A stretch of DNA of 64,000 nucleotides, taken from the NCBI GenBank assembly GCA_002269645.1, contig NIVC01000186.1, forward strand, positions 124,001-188,000, read 5' to 3'. The notes below the pieces were generated by a model, which saw nothing but the letters and a program-made list of their open reading frames with translations, did not search any database and had not been told where the DNA came from. Every line of letters begins with the position of its first letter. Within the stretch, counting starts at the first letter, position 1. Below are positions 1 to 12,638 of the stretch, in pieces. This DNA comes from Macrostomum lignano (Eukaryota). The position numbers and the translations under genes were made by a program.

Positions 1-1329
1 TGCGCAAAATTTCTTATTTTTCCACTTCAAAGTTTGTACCCCAAAATGGGCCGTTTTTCACTTAACAGGTAAAAAGTACCTGTTAACAGGGGTTTTTTCA
101 GGAGTGTCTTATGTCATTCAAAAGGGCATCCGATGGGCTACAATTTGACGCCATACTCGAAAAACTTTGCCCCATTTTAAAAAAATTTCCTTAACAACGT
201 CTGATTTTCTGCAGTGCCCCCCGGCCTCTTTTTTCCCTGGTTTTCGGGTCACTGCTCAGCACAGGTAGGTCCAAATGCTTAGAAAATTTAGGAAAACAAA
301 TTTCCATATGTTTGACACATCGTGTTAAAGTCTCACCACTGTAGCATAAAACACTTTTTCAAGTTTGAGGACTACTTTTTTAAAACGTGACCCAATTTTT
401 TGAAAATGTCGTTTTTAGGCACTCTTTGGCACCTGGGCAGGTTATTGATGGCCCAATAAGCCAAATCTCGATGTTTCCGAATAGAAGACATCTATTTGAG
501 TAATTTGGTGTAGAAATATTAAAAAATAAAGTTTTTAATCTCGACGAGATAGGCCTCACAAAAGTGCACTAAAAATTTGTACTTTTAAAGTGCAGATAGG
601 CAGCCATGTGAAAAGTACATTTTAGCCCTAAAAACTATAGCGCATCAAACAGCCCCAGGTGTTATTGACGCTATGAGGCAGCTCAAAGGCCGCGCTATCG
701 CGCGTCCTTTTCGCTGCGGTGAGGCAAAGTTGGAAAAAATGCCAATTTTTCGACCTCAAAAAACACGTTTTTTGTACTTTTAGCCTAGACGTTAAAGTAC
801 AATAAAAAAATCCATTTCTGATCATTGTAGCGTTCGAATGCCCGCGTTTACTGAGCCAGCCCGCTAAGCGCTGCCATATTCTCAATCCTTATTTTTTGAG
901 ATCAAAGTTTTTGACAAAGTCGAAAAAACGCAGTTTTTGGTTGCCATGGCAACCAAAACGCATTGCCATGGCAACCAACTATTGTGCATCCGATAGCGCT
1001 AGGTCTTTGACACATTTTGGCAAAAACCGTTTGTAAATTGGTCGTACCGTTTTTTATTGGCAGCGTTTAAAAGTTGAAAAACGTCATTTTTAGTGTGTGC
1101 AACCACGTTACATCTTATCAGGGACGATTTCGCAAAAGTAAGCACCATAGAAAAAAATTCTCGCTTCGCTCGCCTTTTTTTCTATACTACTTACTGGCTC
1201 ATCGTCCCACAACTAGTGAATGAAGACGCTGTCGTCTTCAAAGGTGGGACGATGGGTATATATTGTGTCCATTATTGTTTATGGCTATGACATCTATTTA
1301 TTTAACCTAAATTGAGAGCTAAAAAGCCC

Positions 1330-3470
1330 CCCCCCACGCCCCTGGCATTAGTTAGTCTAGTGGTATAGTGGGGGGCTGGCCGCCCCCCACGCCCCTGGCA
1401 TTAGTTAGTCTAGTGGTAAAGTGGGGGCTGGCCGCCCCCACGCCCCTGGCATTAGTTATTCTAAGTGGTATACTGGGGGGCTGGCCGCCCCCCACGCCCC
1501 TGGCATTAGTTAGTCTAGTGGTATAGTGGGGGGCTGGCCGCCCCCCACGCCCCTGGCATTAGTTAGTCTAGTGGTATAGTGGGGGGCTGGCCGCCCCCCA
1601 CGCCCCTGGCATTAGTTAGTCTAGTGGTATAGTGGTATAGTGGGGGGCTAGCCGCCCCCCACGCCCCTGGCATTAGTTAGTCTAGTGGTATAGTAGGGGG
1701 CTGGCCGCCCCCCACGCCCTTGGCATTAGTTAGTCTAGTGGTATAGTGGGGGGCTGGCCGCCCCCACGCCCCTGGCATTAGTTAGTCTACGTGGTATAGT
1801 GGGGGGCTGGCCGCCCCCACGCCCCTGGCATTAGTTAGTCTAGTGGTATAGTGGTATAGTGGGGGGCTGGCCGCCCCCCCACGCCCCTGGCATTAGTTAG
1901 TCTAGTGGTATAGTAGGGGGCTGGCCGCCCCCCACGCCCCTGGCATTAGTTAGTCTAGTGGTATAGTGGGGGCTCACCGCACCCCACGCCCCTGGCATTA
2001 GTTAGTCTAGTAGTATAGTGGGGGCTGGCCGCCCCCCACGCCCCTGGCATTAGTTAGTCTAAGTGGTATAGTGGGGGGCTGGCCGCCCCCCATGCCCCTG
2101 GCATTAGTTAGTCTAGTGGTATAGTGGTATATTGGGGGCTGGCCGCCCCCCACGCCCCTGGCATTAGTTAGTCTAGTGGTATAGTAGGGGGCTGGCCGCC
2201 CCCACGCCCCTGGCATTAGTTAGTCTAGTGGTATAGTGGGGGGCTGGCCGCCCCCCACGCCCCTGGCATTTATTAGTCTAGTGGTATAGTGGGGGGCTGG
2301 CCGCCCCCCACGCCCCTGGCATTTATTAGTCTAGTGGTATAGTGGGGGGCTGGCTGCCCCCCACGCCCCTGGCATTTATTAGTCTAGTGGTATAGTAGGG
2401 GGCTCGCCACCCCCACGCCCCTGGCATTAGTTAGTCTAGTGGTATAGTGGGGGGCTGGCCGCCCCCCACGCCCCTGGCATTTATTAGTCTAGTGGTATAG
2501 TAGGGGGCTCGCCACCCCCACGCCCCTGGCATTAGTTAGTCTAGTGGTATAGTGGGGGGCTGGCCGCCCCCCACGCCCCTGGCATTAGTTAGTCTAGTAG
2601 TATAGTGGGGGGCTGGCCGCCCCCCCACGCCCCTGGCATTAGTTAGTCTAGTGGTATAGTGGGGGGCTGGCCGCCCCCACGCCCCTGGCATTAGTTAGTC
2701 TAGTGGTATAGTGGGGGGCTGGCCGCCCCCACGCCCCTGGCATTTATTAGTCTAGTGGTATAGTGGGGGGCTGGCCGCCCCCCACGCCCCTGGCATTTAT
2801 TAGTCTAGTGGTATAGTAGGGGGCTCGCCGCCCCCACGCCCCTGGCATTAGTTAGTCTAGTGGTATAGTGGGGGGCTGGCCGCCCCCCACGCCTCTGGCA
2901 TTTATTAGTCTAGTGTTATAGTAGGGGGCTCGCCGCACCCCACGCCCCTGGCATTAGTTAGTCTAGTAGTATAGTGGGGGCTGGCCGCCCCCCGCCCCTG
3001 GCATTAGTTAGTCTAGTGGTATAGTGGGGGCTAGCCGCCCCCCACGCCCCTGGCATTAGTTAGTCTAGTGGTATAGTGGTATAGTGGGGGGCTGGCCGCC
3101 CCCACGCCCCTGGCATTAGTTAGTCTAGTGGTATAGTGGGGGCTGGCCGCCCCCACGCCCCTGGCATTAGTTAGTCTTGTGGTATAGTGGGGGGCTGGCC
3201 GCCCCCCACGCCCCTGGCATTAGTTAGTCTAGTGGTTTAGTGGTATAGTGGGGGCTAGCCGCCCCCACGCCCCTGGCATTAGTTAGTCTAAGTGGTATAG
3301 TGGGGGCTGGCCGCCCCCCACGCCCCTGGCATTAGTTAGTCTAGTGGTATAGTGGGGGGCTGGCCGCCCCCACGCCCCTGGCATTAGTTAGTCTAAGTGG
3401 TATAGTGGGGGCTGGCCGCCCCCACGCCCCTGGCATTAGTTAGTCTAGTGGTAAAGGGGGCTGGCTCCCC
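1330..3470. repeat. ~52-53 bp tandem repeat, ~40 copies, inside the first complete array unit
   Basis: Unit ACGCCCCTGGCATTAGTTAGTCTAGTGGTATAGTGGGGGGCTGGCCGCCCCCC, with homopolymer length variation and occasional TAGTGGTA duplications. Confidence 0.97.
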
Positions 3471-3780
3471 CACCGCTCCACCACCCCTCGAGAACTTTTC
3501 CCACATCTAAACACGTCTTTGTAATATGTTACAACTATATTCTAGCCTTCAAACGACCAGACATCAAATACTTGCTTGCCGACATGTATCGTAATATACT
3601 TTTTGCACTAACAATCATATGTGCCGCACTAAAAGATTCTCTGTTACTCTTTAAATACGTATAAAAAGAAAAATAAATTTAAATAAATGAAATTTAATTG
3701 TATAAAAAACATAATAGTTAGAGAAATAAAAATACTAAAAATCTGTTTGCTCTAAAAGAACTTTAAACTAAAAATTTTTC

Positions 3781-3850
3781 GGATCTCTTGGGAATCAAAC
3801 CCTGCAGGACTCAATTATATGGAAACTAACTCTGCCACTGAGCCACAAAT
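3781..3850 (-). ncRNA. tRNA-derived head / Pol III internal promoter (not an intact tRNA)
   Basis: Minus strand reads GTGGCTCAGTGGCAGAG (A box, D-arm GCTC/GAGT), then TAGTT-TCCATAT-AATTG (anticodon-arm-like), then GGTTTGATTCCC (B-box variant). The acceptor stem is absent. Confidence 0.55.
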
Positions 3851-6029
3851 TGCTTACTAAGTTGGCCTATAGTACACGTATTTTATATCGAATATCGCTA
3901 ATAACAGCCATTTCTACCATTTTTGCTGCTTTTTCATACATTTCTGCTCGTTGCATCGCAACGCTTCTACCTAAAAATACGAGTCGCATGTCGTTACAGA
4001 GATAACATCAAGGCGCATTCATCCAATGCATTTTCAAATTATGTCAACAAATTTTTCGGCTGCTAGGCGCCAAAATATTAATTTTCACCTGTTCTGACAG
4101 GTAATCAAACAGGTATTAAGACCTGTTAACCTAAGAATCAGTTTTCAAAACTGATTTAGCTGCATAATGCATCCATAGTGCTGTTTTTAGACACCAAACT
4201 TGAGTCTCTAGGTCTCGCCAATGCAGAGTTATTAGCAAAAGTATGCTCAAAATTTGCCCGAAAATGGCCTACTCAAAATTCGGAGCCAATTTTCTCAAAA
4301 ATACGAATTTTCCAGCCATATTGGCGTATGACCGGTGAAACTTTAGCTATTCGACTAAACAATATTGAAAATGCAGAAAAATCGGTGCGCAAAAATTCTT
4401 ATTTTTCGACTTCAAAGTTTGTACCCCCAAATGGGCCGTTTTTCACATAACAGGTAAAAAGTACCTGTTAACAGGGATTTTTTCAGGAGTGTCTTATGTC
4501 ATTCAAAAGGGCATCCGATGGGCTACAATTTGACACTACACTCGAAAAAATTCGCCCCATTTTAAAAAATTTTTCTTAACAACGTCTGATTTTCTGCAGA
4601 GCCCCCGGCCTCTTTTTTCCCCGGTTTCTGGGTCACTGCTCCGCACAGGTAGGTCCAAATGCTTAGAAAATTCAGGAAAACAAATTTCCATATGTTTGAC
4701 ACGTCGTGTTAAAGTCTCAACACCGTAGCATAAAACACTTTTTCAAGTTTGAGGACTGCTTTTTTAAAACGTGACCCAATTTTTCGAAAACGACGTTTTT
4801 AGGCACTCTTTGGCACCTGCGCAGGTTATTGATGGCCCAATCGGCCAAATGTCGATGTTTCTGATTAAAAGACATCCAGTTGAGTGATTTGGTATAAAAA
4901 ACATCAAAAATAAAGTTTTCCATCTCGACGCCATAGGCCTCACAAAAGTGCACTAAAAATTTGTACTTTTAAACAGCAGATAGGCAGCCATGTAAAAAGT
5001 ACATTTTAGCCGAATAAAATTTAGCGCATCAAACAGCCTTAAGTGTTTTTAAGGCTAGGAGGCAGCTCAAAGGCCGCGCGAAAGCGCGTCCTTTTCGCTG
5101 CGGTAAGGCAAAGTTGAAAAAAATGCCAATTTTTCGACCTCAAAAAACACGTTTTTTGTACTTTTACCCTAAAAGTTAAAGTACAATCATAAAAATCCAT
5201 TTCTGATCATTGTAGCGTTTAAATGCCCGCGTTTACTGAGCCCACTCGCTAAGCGCTGCCATATTCTCAATCCTTATTTTTTGAGATCAAAGTTTTTGAC
5301 AAAGTTGAAAAAACGCAGTTTTTGGTTGCCATGGCAATCAAAACGCGTTGCCATAGCAACCAACTATTGTGCATCCGATAGCGCTAGGTCTTTGACACAT
5401 TTTGGCAAAAACAGTTTGTAAATCGGTCGTACCGTTTTTTCTGCGCAGCGTTTCAAAGTTGAAAAACGTCATTTTTAGTGTGTGCAACCACGTTACATCT
5501 TATCAGGGACGATTTCGCAAAAGTAAGCACCATAGAAAAAAATTCTCGCTTCGCTCGCCTTTTTTTCTATACTACTTACTGGCTCATCGTCCCACAACTA
5601 GTGAATGAAGACGCTGTCGTCTTCAAAGGTGGGACGATGGTTTATATATTGTTCGTAACTTTTATGGCCTAATTTTAAATTATTTTAAATAAACTTACTT
5701 AGTCGATTATAATTTAATTTAAACAAAGTTTATACATAACTGTTTAAATTAATTAATTAAATACTTGTGATGATTTATTACGTCCATTATTGTTTATGGC
5801 TATGAACTATTTATTTAACCCAAATTAAGAAATAATTAAAACGCTATATTGTGTTTTTATATTTTACGGCTATACCGTATGAAGAACTAAAAAGCTTAAT
5901 GGGCTACATTTTCAATTTGATTTAAACAAAGTTTATACATAACTGTAGAAATATAATAATAAAAAATATTTTATTAGATTAAAAGAATATCCACTCTGCT
6001 GTTGTGTAGAAAGGGTTGTTAAGGCGGTT

Positions 6030-6356
6030 GTTGTTGTTTGTTGGTTGTAAAAGGGGTTGTTGTTGTTGGGGTTTTTGTTGTTGATGGGGTTGTTGTTGTT
6101 GTTGTTGGGGGGTGGTTGTTGTTGGGGGTTTGCGTAACGTGGGGGCTGCCGCCCCCACACCCCCGCTCCCCCACCCCTCCCGCGCGTTGTTGTTGGGGAG
6201 GGTGGTTGTTGTTGTGGGGTTTGCGTAACGTGGGGGCTGCCGCCCCCACACCCCCGCTCCCCCACCCCTCCCGCGCGTTGTTGTTGGGGAGGGTGGTTGT
6301 TGTTGTGGGGTTTGCGTAACGTGGGGGCTGCCGCCCCCACACCCCCGCTCCCCCAC
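6030..6356. repeat. (GTT)n tract plus three copies of a 91-bp G/C-skewed repeat in a type-Y unit
   Basis: TGCGTAACGT anchors at 6131, 6222 and 6313; shares the core GTGGGGGCTGCCGCCCCCAC with the 52-bp repeat. Confidence 0.9.
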
Positions 6357-6645
6357 CTAACCCCTCCGCAACTTTTCCCACCTCTAACACATCTTTTTAG
6401 CACGCTAAAACTGCTTGTAAGCCTTCTGGCGACCACCATCAACACATACTTGCCGATATGTATCGTAATATTCTTTCTGCACTAACAAATCATCTGTGCC
6501 GCACTTTCAGCTTCACTCTTACTCTTTAATAAGGTATACAAGGAAAGGAAAATTAAACAATTAATATTAAACTATATTCAAGTGAAAGAGAATTAAAAAT
6601 ACTAATAAATCCGTTCCTGCTAAAAAAATTAAATATAGAAAAAAA

Positions 6646-6718
6646 CCTGGTTCACTTGGGATTCGAACCCGGGTACATGTGCTTTACAATGCAACTGCCT
6701 TCGCCCCCGATCCATCTC
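6646..6718 (-). ncRNA. tRNA-derived head with B box followed by oligo-T
   Basis: Minus strand reads GATGGATCGGGGGCGAAGGCAGTTGCATTGTAAAGCACATGTACCCGGGTTCGAATCCCAAGTGAACCAGGTTTTTTT: canonical B box GGTTCGAATCCC, degenerate A box, T-run terminator. Confidence 0.55.
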
Positions 6719-9430
6719 TCGCTTAAGCGAAGCTCTACAGTGCACGCGCTTTATATCGAATATTCCCTATGGTAGCCACTTTTACGATTTTTGCTGCTTT
6801 TTCATAAACATTTCTGCTCACTGCATCGCAACGCCTTTCCCTAAAAACACGAGTAGCATGTCGTTGCAGAGATAACATCAAGGCGCATCTATCTAATGCA
6901 TTTTCAAACTATGTCAACAAATTTTTACGGCTGCTAGACGCCACATTATGCATTTTCACCTGTTCAGACAGGTAATCAAACAAATATTACCACCTTTTAA
7001 CCAACGAATCAATATTCAACACTGATTTTTTTGCACAGTACATTCGTAGTGCTATTTTTAGACACCAAACTTGAGTCTCTAGGTCTCTCCAATGCAGAGT
7101 TATTGGCAAAAATGTGCTCAAAATTTGCCTAAAAATGGCCTACTCAAAATTCGGAGCCAATTTTCTCAAAAATACGAATTTTCCAGCCATATTGGCGTAT
7201 GACCTATTAAACTTCAGCTATTCGGCTAAACAATATTGAAAATGCAGAAAAATCGGTGCGCAAAATTTCTTATTTTTTGACTTCAAAGTTTGTACCCCCA
7301 AAGGGCCGTTTTTCACTTAACAGGTAAAAAGTACCTGTTAACAGGTTTTTTCCAGAGTGTCTTATGTCATTCAAAAGAGCATCAGATGGGCTACAATTTG
7401 ACACTACACTCGAAAAAATTCGCCCAGTAATAAAAATTTTTCTTTAACAACATATGGTTTTTTGGTCGAGTCCCCCGGCCTCTTTTTTCCCCGGTTTCCG
7501 GGTCACTGCTCCGCACAGGTAGGTCCAAATGCTTAGAAAATTTAGGAAAACAAATTTCCATATGTTTGACACGTTTTGTTAAAGTCTCAACACCGTAGCT
7601 TAAAACACTTTCTTATTTTTGGAGACTACTTTTTGAAAACGTGACCCAAATTTTCAAAAACACTGTTTTTGACCCTTGTAGCCATATAGAGCAGCAATGA
7701 ATGGCCCAATCAAGCAGATCTCAGCATTTCCGAATAAAAGACATCCATTTGAGTGATTTGGGTTGAAAAATTGAAAAAATCAAGATTTGCATCTGTATAG
7801 GATAAGCCTCTTTAAAGTGCACAAACGGTTTGTACTTTTAAAGTGCAGATAGGCAGCCATGTCAAAAGTACATTTTAGCCCAAAAAATTATAGCGCATCT
7901 AAAAGCCCCAGGTGTTGTTGACATTAGGCAGCAGCTCAAAAGCCGCGCTATTGCGCGTCCTTTTCGCTGCAGTACGGGCAAGGTTGAAAAACATGTACAA
8001 AAAATTGGCCGAAAAATTGCATTTTTAAAAATCAGATGCAGTTTGCTCAAAAATACGAATTTTCCAGCCATATTGGCGTATGACCGGTGAAACTTTAGCT
8101 ATTCGACTAAACAATATTGAAAATGCAGAAAAATCGGTGCGCAAAATTTCTTATTTTTCCACTCCAAAGTTTGTACCCCCAAATGGGCCGTTTTTCACTT
8201 AACAGGTAAAAAGTACCTGTTAACAGGGGTTTTTTCAGGAGTGTCTTATGTCATTCAAAAGGGCATCCGATGGGCTACAATTTGACACTACACTCGAAAA
8301 AATTCGCCCCATTTTAAAAAAATTTCCTTAACAACGTCTGATTTTCTGCAGAGCCCCCGGCCTCTTTTTTCCCCGGTTTCCGGGTCACTGCTCCGCACAG
8401 GTAGGTCCAAATGCTTAGAAAATTTAGGAAAACAAATTTCCATATGTTTGACACGTCGTGTTAAAGTCTCAACACCGTAGCATAAAACGCTTCTTATTTT
8501 TGGGACTACTTTTTAAAAACGTGACCCAATTTTTCGAAAATGTCGTTTTTAGGCACTCTTTGGCACCTAGGCTGGTTATTGATGGCCCAATCGGCCAAAT
8601 CTCAATGTTTCCGAATAGAAGACATCCATTTGAGTTATTTGGTATACAAAACAGCAAAACTAAACTTTTCCATCTCGACGAGATAGGCCTCACAAAAGTG
8701 CACTAAAAATTTGTACTTTTAAACAGCAGATAGGCAGCCATGTGAAAAGTACATTTTAGCCCCAAAAAACTATACCGCATCAAACAGCCCCAAGTGTTTT
8801 TGAGGCTAGGAGGCAGCTCAAAGGCCGCGCTATCGCGCGTCCTTTTCGCTGCGGTGAGGCAAAGTTGAAAAAAATGCCAATTTTTCGACCTCAAAAAACA
8901 CGTTTTTTGTACTTTTACCTGTGAAGTAAAAGTACAATCAAAAAATCCATTTCGGATCATTGTAGCGTTTGAATGCCCGCGTCTTTTGAGCACACTCACT
9001 AAGCGCTGCCATAATTTCCTGCCGCTGTAATGAGATCAAATTTTTTGACAATGTTGAAAAAACGCAGTTTTTGGTTGCCATGGCAACCAAAACGCATTGC
9101 CATGGCAACCAACTATTGTGCATCCGATAGCGCTAGGTCTTTGACACATTTTGGCAAAAACTGTTTGTAAATTAGTCGTACCGTTTTTTATTGGCAGCGT
9201 TTCAAAGTTGAAAAACGTCATTTTAGTGTATGACATATGGCGCACATCTTATCAGGGACGATTTCGCAAAAGTAAGCAGCATAGAAAAAAATTCTCGCTG
9301 CGCTCGCATTTTTTCCTATACTACTTACTGGCTCATCGTCCCACAACTAGTGAATGAAGACGCTGTCGTCTTCAAAGGTGGGACGATGGTTTATATATTG
9401 TGTTTTTATCCTTTTATGGCTATGACATAT

Positions 9431-12262
9431 GCCCCTGGCATTAGTTAGTCTAGTGGTCTAGTGGGGGCTGGCCGCCCCACGCCCCTGGCATTAGTTAGTC
9501 TAGTGGTATAGTGGGGGCTGGCCGCCCCCCACGCCCCTGGCATTAGTTAGTCTAGTGGTATAGTGGGGGGCTGCCGCCCCCACGCCCCTGGCATTAGTTA
9601 GTCTAGTGGTATAGTGGGGGCTGGCCGCCCCCCACGCCCCTGGCATTAGTTAGTCTAGTGGTATAGTGGGGGGCTGGCCGCCCCCCACGCCCCTGGCATT
9701 AGTTAGTCTAGTGGTATAGTGGGGGCTGGCCGCCCCCCACGCCCCTGGCATTAGTTAGTCTAGTGGTATAGTGGGGGCTGGCCGCCCCCCACGCCCCTGG
9801 CATTAGTTAGTCTAGTGGTATAGTGGGGGGCTGGCCGCCCCCCACGCCCTGGCATTAGTTAGTCTAGTGGTATAGTGGGGGGCTGGCCGCCCCCCACGCC
9901 CCTGGCATTAGTTAGTCTAGTGGTATAGTGGGGGCTGGCCGCCCCCCACGCCCCTGGCATTAGTTAGTCTAGTGGTATAGTGGGGGGCTGGCCGCCCCCC
10001 ACGCCCCTGGCATTAGTTAGTCTAGTGGTATAGTGGGGGGCTGCCGCCCCCACGCCCCTGGCATTAGTTCTCTAGTGGTAGTGTATAGTGGGGGGCTGCC
10101 GCCCCCACGCCCCTGGCATTAGTTAGTCTAGTGGTATAGTGGGGGGCTGGCCGCCCCCCACGCCCCTGGCATTAGTTAGTCTAGTGGTGTAGTGGGGGGC
10201 TGGCCGCCCCCCACGCCCCTGGCATTAGTTAGTCTAGTGGTATAGTGGGGGCTGGCCGCCCCCCACGCCCCTGGCATTAGTTAGTCTAGTGGTATAGTGG
10301 GGGGCTGGCCGCCCCCACGCCCCTGGCATTAGTTAGTCTAGTGGTATAGTGGGGGCTGGCCGCCCCCCACGCCCCTGGCATTAGTTAGTCTAGTGGTATA
10401 GTGGGGGCTGGCCGCCCCCCACGCCCCTGGCATTAGTTAGTCTAGTGGTATAGTGGGGGCTGGCCGCCCCCCACGCCCCTGGCATTAGTTAGTCTAGTGG
10501 TATAGTGGGGGGCTGGCCGCCCCCCACGCCCTGGCATTAGTTAGTCTAGTGGTATAGTGGGGGCTGGCCGCCCCCCACGCCCCTGGCATTAGTTAGTCTA
10601 GTGGTATAGTGGGGGGCTGGCCGCCCCCCACGCCCCTGGCATTAGTTAGTCTAGTGGTATAGTGGGGGCTGGCCGCCCCCACGCCCCTGGCATTAGTTAG
10701 TCTAGTGGTATAGTGGGGGCTGGCCGCCCCCCACGCCCCTGGCATTAGTTAGTCTAGTGGTATAGTGGGGGGCTGGCCGCCCCCACGCCCCTGGCATTAG
10801 TTAGTCTAGTGGTATAGTGGGGGGCTGGCCGCCCCCCACGCCCCTGGCATTAGTTAGTCTAGTGGTATATAGTGGGGGGCTGCCGCCCCCACGCCCCTGG
10901 CATTAGTTAGTCTAGTGGTATAGTGGGGGGCTGGCCGCCCCCACGCCCCTGGCATTAGTTAGTCTAGTGGTATAGTGGGGGCTGGCCGCCCCCCACGCCC
11001 CTGGCATTAGTTAGTCTAGTGGTATAGTGGGGGGCTGGCCGCCCCCCACGCCCCTGGCATTAGTTAGTCTAGTGGTATAGTGGGGGGCTGGCCGCCCCCC
11101 ACGCCCCTGGCATTAGTTAGTCTAGTGGTATAGTGGGGGGCTGGCCGCCCCCCACGCCCCTGGCATTAGTTAGTCTAGTGGTATAGTGGGGGCTGGCCGC
11201 CCCCCACGCCCCTGGCATTAGTTAGTCTAGTGGTATAGTGGGGGGCTGGCCGCCCCCCACGCCCCTGGCATTAGTTAGTCTAGTGGTATAGTGGGGGCTG
11301 GCCGCCCCCCACGCCCCTGGCATTAGTTAGTCTAGTGGTATATAGTGGGGGGCTGGCCGCCCCCACGCCCCTGGCATTAGTTAGTCTAGTGGTATAGTGG
11401 GGGGCTGGCCGCCCCCACGCCCCTGGCATTAGTTAGTCTAGTGGTATAGTGGGGGGCTGGCCGCCCCCCACGCCCCTGGCATTAGTTAGTCTAGTGGTAT
11501 AGTGGGGGCTGGCCGCCCCCACGCCCCTGGCATTAGTTAGTCTAGTGGTATAGTGGGGGGCTGGCCGCCCCCCACGCCCCTGGCATTAGTTAGTCTAGTG
11601 GTATAGTGGGGGGCTGCCGCCCCCCACGCCCCTGGCATTAGTTAGTCTAGTGGTATAGTGGGGGGCTGGCCGCCCCCACGCCCCTGGCATTAGTTAGTCT
11701 AGTGGTATAGTGGGGGGCTGGCCGCCCCCCACGCCCCTGGCATTAGTTAGTCTAGTGGTATAGTGGGGGCTGGCCGCCCCCCACGCCCCTGGCATTAGTT
11801 CTCTAGTGGTCGTATAGTGGGGGGCTGCCGCCCCCCACGCCCCTGGCATTAGTTAGTCTAGTGGTATAGTGGGGGCTGGCCGCCCCCCACGCCCCTGGCA
11901 TTAGTTAGTCTAGTGGTATAGTGGGGGCTGGCCGCCCCCCACGCCCCTGGCATTAGTTAGTCTAGTGGTATAGTGGGGGCTGGCCGCCCCCACGCCCCTG
12001 GCATTAGTTAGTCTAGTGGTATAGTGGGGGCTGGCCGCCCCCACGCCCCTGGCATTAGTTAGTCTAGTGGTATAGTGGGGGCTGGCCGCCCCCCACGCCC
12101 CTGGCATTAGTTAGTCTAGTGGTATAGTGGGGGGCTGGCCGCCCCCACGCCCCTGGCATTAGTTAGTCTAGTGGTATAGTGGTATAGTGGGGGCTAGCCG
12201 CCCCCCACGCCCCTGGCATTAGTTAGTCTAGTGGTATAGTGGGGGGCTGGCCGCCCCCACAC
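9431..12262. repeat. Second ~52-53 bp tandem array, ~54 copies
   Basis: Same unit as 1330-3470, more homogeneous. Confidence 0.97.
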
Positions 12263-12566
12263 CCCCGCTCCCCCATCCCACCCCTCCGCAACTCTTCTCA
12301 CCTCTAACACATCTTTTTAGCATGCTAAAACTGCTTGTAAGCCTTTGGCGACCGCGCAACACATGATACTTGCCGATATGTATCGTAATATTTTTTCTGC
12401 ACTAACAAATCATCTGTGCCGCACTTTCAGCTTCACTCTTACTCTTTAATAAGGTATAGAAGGAAATGAAAATTAAACAATCAATATTAAATTATATTCA
12501 AGTGAAAGAGAATTGAAAATACTAATAAATCCGTTCCTGCTAAAAAAATTAAATTTAAAAAAAAAA

Positions 12567-12638
12567 CTTGGCCCACTTGGGATTCGAACCCGTGTTTAGG
12601 CCATTTACAAAGCAACTGCCTTCGGCCCCGATCCATCT
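12567..12638 (-). ncRNA. tRNA-derived head with B box and oligo-T
   Basis: GGGATTCGAACC at 12579-12590 on plus (B box on minus); a T-run follows on the minus strand; homologous to 6646-6718. Confidence 0.5.

Noticed and set aside
1330-12262. 52-bp arrays as CRISPR arrays
   Set aside because: There are no unique spacers and no cas genes, and the context is eukaryotic.
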